From a virus, in IMG/VR virus record IMGVR_UViG_3300009285_000020, positions 1 to 45,172 of that record: a stretch of DNA of 45,172 nt. The stretch is one strand, 5' to 3'. Below are positions 33,167 to 40,941 of the stretch, piece after piece. The notes under the pieces were generated by a model that saw nothing but the letters and a program-made list of their open reading frames with translations, was not told the DNA's origin and ran no database searches. Position 1 is the first letter of the stretch. Each line of letters opens with the position of its first letter. Made by a program: the position numbers and the translations under genes.

Positions 33167-33521
33167 ACATCCTGAAACCGAACAGAAAGCCAAACCCTAC
33201 GACCTTCGATTGCTCGAACTTCGCGAACGCGCCGATGTCCGCCGTGAGGTTCGACGCCAGACGAAAGGGCATGACGATCCCAAATCCCCCGAAGAGCGAG
33301 CCGTTTTCCTGCCTCGCACCGCCAATTGCGACGATGGGCAGATTGACGTTAAATCCAAACGGACGGTCAATGCTTAGGCCCGTCGGCAAAACGAGCGACG
33401 GACTGGCCTTGTGTGTCTTGAGATCGTACACGTAGGACAGCCCTTGCCCGTGTCCGACATGGCAAAGAACCAGAAACAGCCCCAGCGAGGCAAGGAGACG
33501 GCAAGAAACACGGTTTCTCAT
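33165..33521 (-). CDS. Signal-peptide, beta-rich secreted/outer-membrane-like protein, 118 aa (lysis-cassette end; spanin-equivalent?)
   Basis: MRNRVSCRLLASLGLFLVLCHVGHG is a signal sequence, and the C-terminus is GFGFLFGFRM. This is M77 of track ORF 33165..33749, with a TAATG overlap to the upstream stop. Confidence 0.6.
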   Translation of the reverse strand: MRNRVSCRLLASLGLFLVLCHVGHGQGLSYVYDLKTHKASPSLVLPTGLSIDRPFGFNVNLPIVAIGGARQENGSLFGGFGIVMPFRLASNLTADIGAFAKFEQSKVVGFGFLFGFRM

Positions 33522-33721
33522 TAGAACACCCCCGACATTCCGAACGCGGCTGTAGCGCCAGACACCGCCCCGCCGATATATCGCTTGAAAGCGAGGCCGA
33601 AGTCGAATGACGCATTCGGTTTCCCATCCGGCGTGGATTTGCTCCAAGCGTGCAGGTCGGTCAGAAACGCAGCTGCGAAGCCGCTGATTGCGCCTGCAAT
33701 GATTTTCTTGAGGTCGAACAT
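33521..33721 (-). CDS. Holin-like small membrane protein, 66 aa
   Basis: Two hydrophobic Gly/Ala-rich segments (IIAGAISGFAAAFL and YIGGAVSGATAAFG). The gene is adjacent to the endolysin. Confidence 0.55.
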   Translation of the reverse strand: MFDLKKIIAGAISGFAAAFLTDLHAWSKSTPDGKPNASFDFGLAFKRYIGGAVSGATAAFGMSGVF

Positions 33722-33755
33722 TATTGCCTTTTCTCCTTGAGCCAGTCAAAGCCGT

Positions 33756-34037
33756 TCACCGCCTGGCCCTCTCCAACTCCCTCACGCGCTCGTCAATCCC
33801 GTCCATCCGCTCCTTGCCGTCAAGCAATTGCTGCTGCATGACTGCAATGCGCCGAACCTCGTGATCCATGCCGCTGACCTGGGCCTCAAGGCTCTCCAAC
33901 CGCTTGAGCCCCATCTGAAGCACAAGCCCGTTCCGCCACATGGCGACAATCACGGATAGCATGATGCCGCTCATCGCAATGATCGAACCGAAACTGATTG
34001 TCCAGTCGAAAGTGATCGCCGCTATCATCTCCGTCAT
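33756..34037 (-). CDS. N-terminal TM plus coiled-coil protein, 93 aa (i-spanin-like or holin/antiholin)
   Basis: TM segment FGSIIAMSGIMLSVIVAMW followed by the heptad-like LKRLESLEAQV...RVRELERARR. The start overlaps the amidase stop. Confidence 0.6.
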   Translation of the reverse strand: MTEMIAAITFDWTISFGSIIAMSGIMLSVIVAMWRNGLVLQMGLKRLESLEAQVSGMDHEVRRIAVMQQQLLDGKERMDGIDERVRELERARR

Positions 34038-34501
34038 TTACAACCCCACCTTTTCAACAACCCATTCACCCGCGAACAAGGAAAGCCCTTCGGATCCGTT
34101 TTGCGTTTCGGCGAAACCGCATAGTGAGTTGTCAAATACTGTAGCGAAGAAATTGCATTTTGCAAATCTGCGACAAGCAAACGACAGGCTTCGGTCTGCT
34201 TCTCGGTGTACGGGTCAATGCCATCGTTGCGATTGACGAAGCTGATGCCGATGCTGTAGCCGTTACAGTTCTCGCCCGACGGCCCAAGGCTCTTGCCTGC
34301 ATGGAACGCAACCCGCGTGTAGGGGACGGCCTTCCAAACCACACCATCCTTGTCGATCAAATAGTGGTAGCTAAGGCCCTTGAGCCTGAGCGTGGAAAGA
34401 GCGCCGGAAAGGGAGCCGCCAGCCGTCGCATGAAGAACAATGGTCGTGATCGCCCGGAACCGGGGACGAGATGCAAGCCAGGCTGCAAGGCTCTTTATCA
34501 T
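34034..34501 (-). CDS. N-acetylmuramoyl-L-alanine amidase endolysin (T7 lysozyme / PGRP fold)
   Basis: IVLHATAG...LSYHYLIDKDG...AFHAG...NGYSIGISF...THYAVSPKRKTDPKGFPC matches the Amidase_2 Zn ligands. M24 of track ORF 34034..34570. Confidence 0.85.
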   Translation of the reverse strand: MIKSLAAWLASRPRFRAITTIVLHATAGGSLSGALSTLRLKGLSYHYLIDKDGVVWKAVPYTRVAFHAGKSLGPSGENCNGYSIGISFVNRNDGIDPYTEKQTEACRLLVADLQNAISSLQYLTTHYAVSPKRKTDPKGFPCSRVNGLLKRWGCK

Positions 34502-34616
34502 GACTCTCACAATGGCTCGTTTTGAAGGACCGCCCGCCGGTTGTGAAGCCGACGGGCAGGAGAACGACAATCAACGACTCACGCACCTTGCGTCAGGCAC
34601 GCGCGGCCATCAATTT

Positions 34617-34646
34617 AGGATAGCACAACTTTCGCGGCAGATTCAA
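34617..34646 (-). promoter_or_regulatory. Candidate promoter TTGAAT-N18-(TGTGC)TATCCT upstream of the lysis cassette
   Basis: The - strand reads TTGAATCTGCCGCGAAAGTTGTGCTATCCT. It has the same architecture as the promoter at 42213..42242. Confidence 0.5.
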
Positions 34647-34708
34647 CAATTCATGCAAATGGCCGGATTTGAACCTGAAAATTCCTGTACATTAGCGAGC
34701 CAAATTTT

Positions 34709-35113
34709 TCAGGCCGTCCTCAAAAACTGCCGCAGGGACCGCTCGGAATGAACGGCGACGAACGCGCCGGGATGGTCCGCCCAAAATCCGAGCATCGCTC
34801 GCCAGGGCTTCGCGGAGAACGCCATGTCCGCCGCCATCAGCCACACGCCCTGGGTTTCGGCGTCCACATAGCGCCAAGCCACTGCGCACAGGTCCCGCTT
34901 GAGAGCGTCCCGAACCCTTCGAGACCAGACAGCCTTGTTCAAATCGCGGCCTTCGACGTACAGATGCCGGGCAAGTGCTTGGTGCGCGGCGGAGAGCATC
35001 CCGACTCCGACCTCGATACCAAGCAAATCGGCGCTCATCTCGCCACCAGCCTGCCTTGCCTTGCCCCAACGTTCAAGCAGTTCTTCGGCGGGCGTTTTCT
35101 TTGTACGGGCCAT
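34709..35113 (-). CDS. Hypothetical protein, 134 aa
   Basis: ATG 35113 (M53 of track ORF 34709..35269). The N-terminus is MARTKKTPAEELLERWGKARQ. No secure motif. Confidence 0.6.
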   Translation of the reverse strand: MARTKKTPAEELLERWGKARQAGGEMSADLLGIEVGVGMLSAAHQALARHLYVEGRDLNKAVWSRRVRDALKRDLCAVAWRYVDAETQGVWLMAADMAFSAKPWRAMLGFWADHPGAFVAVHSERSLRQFLRTA

Positions 35114-35123
35114 GTCGGGGATT

Positions 35124-35279
35124 CTACCGTAGCTCGCAAAACAGCCCAACCGCCTGACAAACCGCAAGGCTCCCCGCGAACGGTTCAACCAAGTTCGGCA
35201 CGTCGCCAAGCGCGTTCCAAACCGTTGAGGCGATTTGTGACTTCGCGCCGAAGTAGGGAAACGGCGCAATCAGGCTCAT
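35124..35279 (-). pseudogene. N-terminal remnant (51 codons) of a D12-class (Dam-like) N6-adenine DNA methyltransferase
   Basis: Hand translation gives MSLIAPFPYFGAKSQIASTVWNALGDVPNLVEPFAGSLAVCQAVGLFCELR then TAG. It matches Dam RAFLKWAGGKYPLL...LVEPFVGAGSV. No DPPY region follows. Confidence 0.6.
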
Positions 35280-35539
35280 CGTTTGCACTGCCTCGGCTCC
35301 GAGAACCGCGTAACCGGATGCACATACACAGCCTCGGGATAAACGGGATTGGCCCGCTCCCGCAAGAGGTGGGACGGCAAACCTTTCCGGTTCGGCTCGT
35401 AAGACGGCTCCCTGACAATCAGCGGGTTGGGACTAGGCTTGGGCAGGAGTGGGGGTGGGGGTTCGAGCAGCAAGCCCCTTGCCTTGCACCGCCAGCAAAG
35501 GCCGCTTCGACAGGCGTGGCCGCAATGCACGCAAGGCAC
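35276..35539 (-). CDS. Cys-rich Zn-ribbon protein, 87 aa
   Basis: Track ORF starting at GTG. Motif CVHCGHACRSGLCWRC. See the finding on the upstream in-frame TAG. Confidence 0.5.
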   Translation of the reverse strand: MPCVHCGHACRSGLCWRCKARGLLLEPPPPLLPKPSPNPLIVREPSYEPNRKGLPSHLLRERANPVYPEAVYVHPVTRFSEPRQCKR

Positions 35540-35663
35540 CTTCGTTGCCCGCGTCCGGCGTCTCCGGCACTGGCCGCACTCCTACGAGAACGCCAGCCTG
35601 CCGCACGTTTTGCAGACCTGCTTTTTCCCAGCCTTGCCGCGCGCTACATCGCGGGCTCGCTGC

Positions 35664-35846
35664 TTAGCTACCCGCGCTTGGATAGCTTCGAGCGCCGCGT
35701 TGATCTCGGTTTGCGGTGGCACACTCAGAACTTTGCAGGCATTCTTTCTGCACGTTCTTTAGCGGGGCCTGGGCAGCGATGGCGGCCTGGGCCTGCGCTC
35801 GGCTGATCGCCTTCGCCGCCATGATTGATTTGAGTTTCTTGTTCAT
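35664..35846 (-). CDS. Small ORF, 60 aa, probably frame-disrupted
   Basis: Track ORF with a GAGGAA RBS. Its 3' half looks non-protein-like, whereas an overlapping frame (35585..35758) reads RTCRKNACKVLSVPPQTEINAALEAIQARVAKQRARDVARGKAGKKQVCKTCGRLAFS. Confidence 0.4.
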   Translation of the reverse strand: MNKKLKSIMAAKAISRAQAQAAIAAQAPLKNVQKECLQSSECATANRDQRGARSYPSAGS

Positions 35847-35916
35847 GGGTTCCTCGCATTAAGAGTCTCTACATAGTAAGAGATAATTACTATCTTCTCG
35901 CGCGCACGCGCGCACG

Positions 35917-36096
35917 GCATACTTGGCCGCCGTGGTCAAGTATGGTGGCAGATTCAAAAATAACACTTTCGCGCCATACTTGACCAATTACACTGGATAA
36001 AGGAGAATGGTCAAGTATGCACATTCTGTCTACATGTTTGCCATACTTTGCCATACTTGACTTTTGGCTAAGTATGGTCAAGTATGGCAAAGTATG
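35917..36096. repeat. Iteron array of CCATACTTGACC / GGTCAAGTATGG (9 sites), ori or operator candidate
   Basis: Sites: 35917..35928 (variant), 35934..35945, 35974..35985, 36009..36020, 36041..36050 (variant), 36051..36061, 36067..36077 (partial), 36076..36087 and 36086..36096 (variant). The tandem copies are phased about 10 bp apart. Confidence 0.9.
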
Positions 36097-36107
36097 TAAA
36101 CCCAGGT

Positions 36108-37937
36108 TCAATTTTCCATCCAAATCACGTCGGTACTGGGATCGTAAACCAATTCTCTATCCGCCGGCAAGAACCAGATCGCCTTGCTGTTCTTGCCAAA
36201 ACCGTCTCTGCTTTTCTCCCCATTTATCTCTTTCAGCGCCTTACACAGAACGTTGTACGAGATGCCCTTGCTGTCCCCAACGCGGGTGATGTCCTGAACA
36301 TACTTGGGGCCGTGGGCCAGGTATTCCTTCAGGAATATCTTGGCGACGTTCTTGAGACCCATCCTGGCGTCATAGGTGTCCTTCGCATCGAAAGGATTGT
36401 CGAAGGTGTGAACGTACTCGATCTGTTCTCCCATCCTGCAAAATGCGAAGGGGTCCGCCCTTGGCACAAGCAAGCTGCCCTTTTCGTCGGTGACAATCAC
36501 AAGGCCGCGTTCTGTCGGGTGGTAGCGCATCACCATCTGTCCCCGATGGGAATTGCGGAATTGCACCGAGCCGAATCCAAGCTCCGAGGCCGCTTTGCCG
36601 ACAATGCCTTTCGTCGTATGCCGAATGTTGTTGAACACGGCCTGGGTGTTGTGCCCAACGCGGGCAAGCCCGTGAAGGATCGGTAATACGGCGAGGGGGT
36701 CCTTCCATCCTTCCCGCGCCACGTGTCCACAAAAGTAGTAGAGCGCGTCAAACACGATATTCACAAACCCACCGTCCTTGATCTTGGCTTCCAATTCTTC
36801 GATGCCGTCGTCGTCAAGCATGAAGTCCGGGTCGTCTATGAACTCGATCATCGAAAGGTCGCCGCCGTTCGCCACATAGACCGTGGCGATCTCTTCGGAC
36901 ATATCCTCCCCTTTGTGAAAGTACAAGGTCCTTGTGGGTTCGCAAGCGCCGTCTCCATTGGGGAGTGTTCCGTGTGACAATCCAGCCGCAATCGCCGTCA
37001 GTAGACAAGTTTTAGAGGTGCCCCCGTCAGCGTCCCACAGGATGTTTTTGCCTCTCGCCAGTCTTGGCTCCCACAGGTAGCGAATGATGATTGGCTCAAA
37101 CGTCTCAGCGTTGAACACCTTTCCTTTCAACACCTTCGGGGGCGTCGATAGTGGAATTTCGACAAACTCACTTACGCTATGCCCTGCTTCTAGATGGTCG
37201 TAAGCGTCGTCCTTCTCGGCAGTCGTCGCGCTTTGCACTAACCGCACCGATGCGGCCACTGTCTTGATCTGCTTGGCGACATACCGTCCATAGACCAGCC
37301 CTACCGTATCCCTGTCAGCGATGATGACGGCGTTCGCGCCCTTTAGCGCGTCGGTATACAGAGGAAGCCACTTTGAACTAGGATTTGTGCCGTCGGCTCC
37401 CGCAGGCTGGCACGTTGCGGTAAACCCGACGGCACGCATTCTTTCGACAGCTTTTTCCCCTTCGCAAATATAGATAGGCTCTCCTGATTCGACTGCCTTC
37501 AAAACTTCCGGCAACCGATAAAGAACCTTGGATTTCGCTCCGAGAGCATCGGAAACTTTGCGGTTCGGCACTCCGTCTGGGCCAACGATCTGCTGGTAGA
37601 ACCCCTTTTCGCCATTCTTTTCAAACCGAACTTTCTCGAAAAGGTACTTGCCGTCAGCGTCTTGATATTTATAGACTGTCGGCAGCTTGAACGAACTGCG
37701 TCCATTCTTTTGAATGCGCCGGTCCTCTTGCGTAAGGCCTAGCGCCGCAAGAATGGCGTTCTCAGAACATCCGTTACTGATGCATTTGACATGGAGCCAC
37801 CCATCCGGCCCTTCCCATACTCCGAGCGAAGGTTTGGCGTCTTCGTGTGCTGGGCAAACTCCAATGTAGCCGTCGCAATTGCGGATTGTGTGTTTCTTCG
37901 CTTTGTCAAGCCGAGATGCAAACTCTTGGAGAGTCAT
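36108..37937 (-). CDS. Bifunctional DNA primase-helicase, 609 aa
   Basis: Zn finger GVCPAHEDAKPSL...HVKCISNGCS; Toprim YICEGEKAVERMRAVGFTATC...VIIADRDTVG; RepA/DnaB-like NTPase DADGGTSKTCLL and VFDALYYF. ATG 37937 is M62 of the track ORF. Confidence 0.85.
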   Translation of the reverse strand: MTLQEFASRLDKAKKHTIRNCDGYIGVCPAHEDAKPSLGVWEGPDGWLHVKCISNGCSENAILAALGLTQEDRRIQKNGRSSFKLPTVYKYQDADGKYLFEKVRFEKNGEKGFYQQIVGPDGVPNRKVSDALGAKSKVLYRLPEVLKAVESGEPIYICEGEKAVERMRAVGFTATCQPAGADGTNPSSKWLPLYTDALKGANAVIIADRDTVGLVYGRYVAKQIKTVAASVRLVQSATTAEKDDAYDHLEAGHSVSEFVEIPLSTPPKVLKGKVFNAETFEPIIIRYLWEPRLARGKNILWDADGGTSKTCLLTAIAAGLSHGTLPNGDGACEPTRTLYFHKGEDMSEEIATVYVANGGDLSMIEFIDDPDFMLDDDGIEELEAKIKDGGFVNIVFDALYYFCGHVAREGWKDPLAVLPILHGLARVGHNTQAVFNNIRHTTKGIVGKAASELGFGSVQFRNSHRGQMVMRYHPTERGLVIVTDEKGSLLVPRADPFAFCRMGEQIEYVHTFDNPFDAKDTYDARMGLKNVAKIFLKEYLAHGPKYVQDITRVGDSKGISYNVLCKALKEINGEKSRDGFGKNSKAIWFLPADRELVYDPSTDVIWMEN

Positions 37938-38107
37938 CTGGGCTTGATCCTTTTCGCCGCGTCGAGCGCATTGTCTAAATGGTTGTAGACATCTTCGGCG
38001 TGACCCGCATCTGGCCTGCCGTCTTGTTGGTAGAACTGCCAAGCGACAGCGCGGGCTGAAAGAATAAGCTGAATGAGCACAAGCCGCTCGTCGTGTTCGT
38101 CTGACAT
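37934..38107 (-). CDS. Hypothetical protein, 57 aa
   Basis: Hand translation gives MSDEHDERLVLIQLILSARAVAWQFYQQDGRPDAGHAEDVYNHLDNALDAAKRIKPR. GGAGGA lies 5 nt upstream, and there is an ATGA overlap with the primase start. Confidence 0.55.
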   Translation of the reverse strand: MSDEHDERLVLIQLILSARAVAWQFYQQDGRPDAGHAEDVYNHLDNALDAAKRIKPR

Positions 38108-38223
38108 CCGTATCCTCCACAGATAGAATTGCAGGGCCGTCTTCGCCGTCTGTGGGCGGACGACCTCGCGAAAAGTCTCCCGGCTACGGACGGCCCTCGA
38201 AGCATCCTATTGTACCCCAACCC

Positions 38224-38442
38224 TCACCCCGCATCGCCACTCTTCGACAACCCCGAAGAGTTCATTTCCCACGCATACGCGACCACCGCCAACGCCGAAA
38301 ACATGTGCCCGCTGATACCCCACAAAGGCCCCGGAACAGTCCGCTGACGCATTTTCAGGGGTTGGCCCCTCTTCCCGGTTGGAACGTAGGTTTCCTTGCT
38401 GGAAACGGGACCAAATCGGTCCAACAGGGCAGCGCGTATCAT
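38224..38442 (-). pseudogene. Orphan, diverged copy of a RuvC-like C-terminus (72 codons)
   Basis: IRAALLDRFGP...VPGPLWGISGHMFSALAVVAYAWE aligns with VRASILDRFGG...TPGPLYGVHGHMWSALAVAIYAME of 38971..39429. ATGA overlap with the HNH stop. Confidence 0.65.
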
Positions 38443-38981
38443 AATGCCGCCTTCATGTATCTTGCAATAGCTTCTATCTCAGCAAGCGTGGCGTCTGACT
38501 TGATCCGATTTGCTCTCCATGAGATCACACACACATTGCCTTTCACGTATCCTCGGCCTGGGTCTATTCTGTCAAGCGTCGGCGATCCATCGTGTTGGCG
38601 GCGTGTCGGGTCAGGCTGATACGACATTGGCGTTCCAAAAACCGGGCAAACAGTATGGACAACAATATCACTTTTTTCGAGACTAAATGGCACATTGTTG
38701 CATTTCGCCCTACGCTTCGCCAATCCAAAAATTATTCTTTCGGGGACTGTTCGGCGCTGTGCATTTTCCCTTGCGGTTGTGCGTGCGCGGACGCCTGGCC
38801 TGCGCATGTAGTCTTGTGCGTATTTGGTATAGTAATCTTTGTGGTTTTGGTAATGTGCTCTTGCGCGAGCGCATTCACAATCTTTACATGCTGCTTTGTG
38901 CCCATTTTTGCGGGCGCTTTGCTTGTGGAAGGATTCAAGTGGCTTAACGCGGTGGCATCGGCTACAGGTCTTAGTTGTCAT
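38439..38981 (-). CDS. HNH-family homing-type endonuclease, 180 aa
   Basis: N-terminal CSRC...CKDC Zn motif and C-terminal CPVFG...SPTLDRIDPGRGYVKGNVCVISWRANRIKSD. M132 of track ORF 38439..39374. Confidence 0.7.
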   Translation of the reverse strand: MTTKTCSRCHRVKPLESFHKQSARKNGHKAACKDCECARARAHYQNHKDYYTKYAQDYMRRPGVRARTTARENAQRRTVPERIIFGLAKRRAKCNNVPFSLEKSDIVVHTVCPVFGTPMSYQPDPTRRQHDGSPTLDRIDPGRGYVKGNVCVISWRANRIKSDATLAEIEAIARYMKAAL

Positions 38982-39429
38982 CGGAGTTCTCCATAGCGTA
39001 GATCGCAACAGCAAGCGCACTCCACATGTGTCCATGCACACCATAAAGCGGGCCCGGTGTTGCCTTTTTCCCAACAGCCGTGAGTTTACCCCCAAATCGG
39101 TCCAGAATACTTGCGCGGACATTCCCATCTTTGGCCCTCGAAGAGCCGCAGAAGTGCAGCTTGACCTTGGAGCGGTACACCGGCACGAACCGGTCTCCAA
39201 GAATCTCCATGAGCCGCCCGATGACGAACGCCGTCTCGAAGACCTCCTTCCCAACTGGCATCCCGAACGATTCCAGAAGTTCGACGGCGACGGGGCCGCG
39301 CCGCCATTGGTGCCGCGCTTCGTGCAACATTTCGACGGTCGGAAGCTCCGCCGCCCCAAGCACCGTCTCCCCATTCCAGAGCACGAACGCGGATAGGACT
39401 GGGCCAGGATCGAGGCCCACGAGGATCAT
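38971..39429 (-). CDS. RuvC-like Holliday junction resolvase, 152 aa
   Basis: MILVGLDPG (first catalytic Asp), VAVELLES, and GHMWSALAVAIYA. M8 of track ORF 38971..39450. Confidence 0.65.
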   Translation of the reverse strand: MILVGLDPGPVLSAFVLWNGETVLGAAELPTVEMLHEARHQWRRGPVAVELLESFGMPVGKEVFETAFVIGRLMEILGDRFVPVYRSKVKLHFCGSSRAKDGNVRASILDRFGGKLTAVGKKATPGPLYGVHGHMWSALAVAIYAMENSDDN

Positions 39430-39764
39430 TCCTCGTCCTCCGGCCTGCAAATATCACCCGGCTGCCAGTCTTGCGGCTGGGGCAGGTCTTCGGCGGGCGG
39501 TCCTCCCCACTGCTTTCTCAAATAATCATCTATTGTTTTTGTTTCGTGGCGACTTAAAACCCTTTTGGGTCTTACGGTGTACTGCGCAAGAATCCTGAAG
39601 TACGGTTCAGCGGGGCTAACTTCTTCCCCTGGTTCTGCAACTACCTTCGGCAGGCAGTCCTCGACGTAGATGCCCTCGCGCCAGAGCGCCAGAGTCTCTT
39701 CGTGAGTCACGTATCTTGCTCTCGTCACCTTCATGCCGACGGGCATCCCTTGTGGTTTCTTCAT
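39426..39764 (-). CDS. Hypothetical protein, 112 aa
   Basis: Track ORF with ATGA-type overlaps at both ends. Confidence 0.65.
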   Translation of the reverse strand: MKKPQGMPVGMKVTRARYVTHEETLALWREGIYVEDCLPKVVAEPGEEVSPAEPYFRILAQYTVRPKRVLSRHETKTIDDYLRKQWGGPPAEDLPQPQDWQPGDICRPEDEE

Positions 39765-40714
39765 AGCTTAACTCCTAAAGCCTTGTTTGTCTCGAAAAGG
39801 CTCCCTTTGTTGTAGCGAAAGGCCGTGAGAATCCCTTTGAAGGACGACCAGGCTTTCGGCAGGTCCCGTGCCATTCTCACAGTACACCCTTCTGGCTGGA
39901 CTAGGAGAACGAACGCGCCTAACGCTCTCGGCATCTTTACGCGCACCCCGGAAGCGATCCGGCCTTCGCGCCTGTGCCCGATCTTCTCGGCATAGTAGTA
40001 GGCGGCAAGCTGCTCTGCCATTCCGCCCCTGACGGCGCTGGAAGTCTTGGCGTCCCCTAACAGCCATCCATAGCCGAAGTTCCAGAAGCCATCCATCGTG
40101 CCCGCAACCTTCAACTTGTCGTGAAAGACCGGATGCTCGGCGAACTTGATCTTGGGATTGTGCGTGTGTAGGAAATGGTTTAGCGCAAGCGCATGGCCTA
40201 TCGTTTCGTCTTCGTCGCACAGGTATTCGTGCTCTTGAATCTGATCGGGAATCCAATACTTAATATCCTCTTGGGAAAACCGTTCTCCCACCTCCCAAGA
40301 TGGGAGCAAGAGATGGCAGCAGGAGCCTCGGTGCGCAGCCCTTGTAAGGAACCGCCTTCCCTCGTGCTTGAGCCATTCTTTGTCTTTCAAAAGCACTTCG
40401 GGGAGCACGTCTTTGTAGACTCGCTCCCATGCGCCGGTTTCCATATCTAAAGCCCAGCCGGTGTACTGTCTGTGGTATTCCAAAGGCTCTTTGGATTTGG
40501 CTTCTATCCGAGCCAAGTTCCGAATGAACATCGCCGTTAGCTCCGCAGCCTTTAGCGCCACCATATACGGCGACACTTCCGCGAACCCTGCCGCGAAGTG
40601 CGGCTTGAGAACCGAGGTCACCGAATCGAACTCTTTGACCCGGCCAGATGGGAGGGTCCATCTATATAAACCCTCCCCTGACCGGAGGTCCGTTCCTACG
40701 GACCAGGAACTCAT
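39761..40714 (-). CDS. PD-(D/E)XK exonuclease (YqaJ / lambda Exo-like), 317 aa
   Basis: VAGTMDGFW...WLLGDAKTS...AEQLAAYYYA matches the D...(D/E)xK...QxxxY arrangement. M17 of track ORF 39761..40762. Confidence 0.7.
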   Translation of the reverse strand: MSSWSVGTDLRSGEGLYRWTLPSGRVKEFDSVTSVLKPHFAAGFAEVSPYMVALKAAELTAMFIRNLARIEAKSKEPLEYHRQYTGWALDMETGAWERVYKDVLPEVLLKDKEWLKHEGRRFLTRAAHRGSCCHLLLPSWEVGERFSQEDIKYWIPDQIQEHEYLCDEDETIGHALALNHFLHTHNPKIKFAEHPVFHDKLKVAGTMDGFWNFGYGWLLGDAKTSSAVRGGMAEQLAAYYYAEKIGHRREGRIASGVRVKMPRALGAFVLLVQPEGCTVRMARDLPKAWSSFKGILTAFRYNKGSLFETNKALGVKL

Positions 40715-40941
40715 GCTTTTCCCTTGATCTTGGCGAACTTGACGGCAAGGGCCTTCGCGCACGCTTTGAAGGCGAGCGCCCCTGGGCCTGCCAGGAGCGC
40801 GTCAATCTCTTCTTGCGTGGTCTCAGCCGTGATGAACGAGATGCCTTCGTGTACGTCGGCGGACTCGTAATTTCCGAGGTTCGCCTTGCGCGAAAGGTGG
40901 ATCGAATAAGTCAACACGGGCTTGTCCACACTAACTCTCAT
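40711..40941 (-). CDS. Hypothetical protein, 76 aa
   Basis: Internal ATG (M70) of track ORF 40711..41148, with an ATGA overlap to the exonuclease start. Confidence 0.5.
   Translation of the reverse strand: MRVSVDKPVLTYSIHLSRKANLGNYESADVHEGISFITAETTQEEIDALLAGPGALAFKACAKALAVKFAKIKGKA

Noticed and set aside
34709-35113. Calling the 134-aa protein an antiterminator Q-like late regulator, because of ELLERWGKARQ and its position upstream of the lysis promoter.
   Set aside because: The resemblance is a single short motif. There is no Zn-finger or other Q hallmark, so the gene is left as hypothetical.
35890-36289. Track ORFs 35890..36123 (-) and 36017..36289 (+) as small genes downstream of the primase-helicase.
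   Set aside because: Their sequences (..ILDH..KYGK..) are just translations of the repeated 12-mer. There is no RBS, and the region is better explained as a non-coding iteron array.
38825-38833. + strand TGGTATAGT (a perfect match to the promoter motif) inside the HNH gene 38439..38981.
   Set aside because: It is antisense to a coding region with no + strand gene downstream, and it simply encodes ...YYTKY... on the - strand. It is probably a chance match, and it is kept as a caveat for the promoter family.
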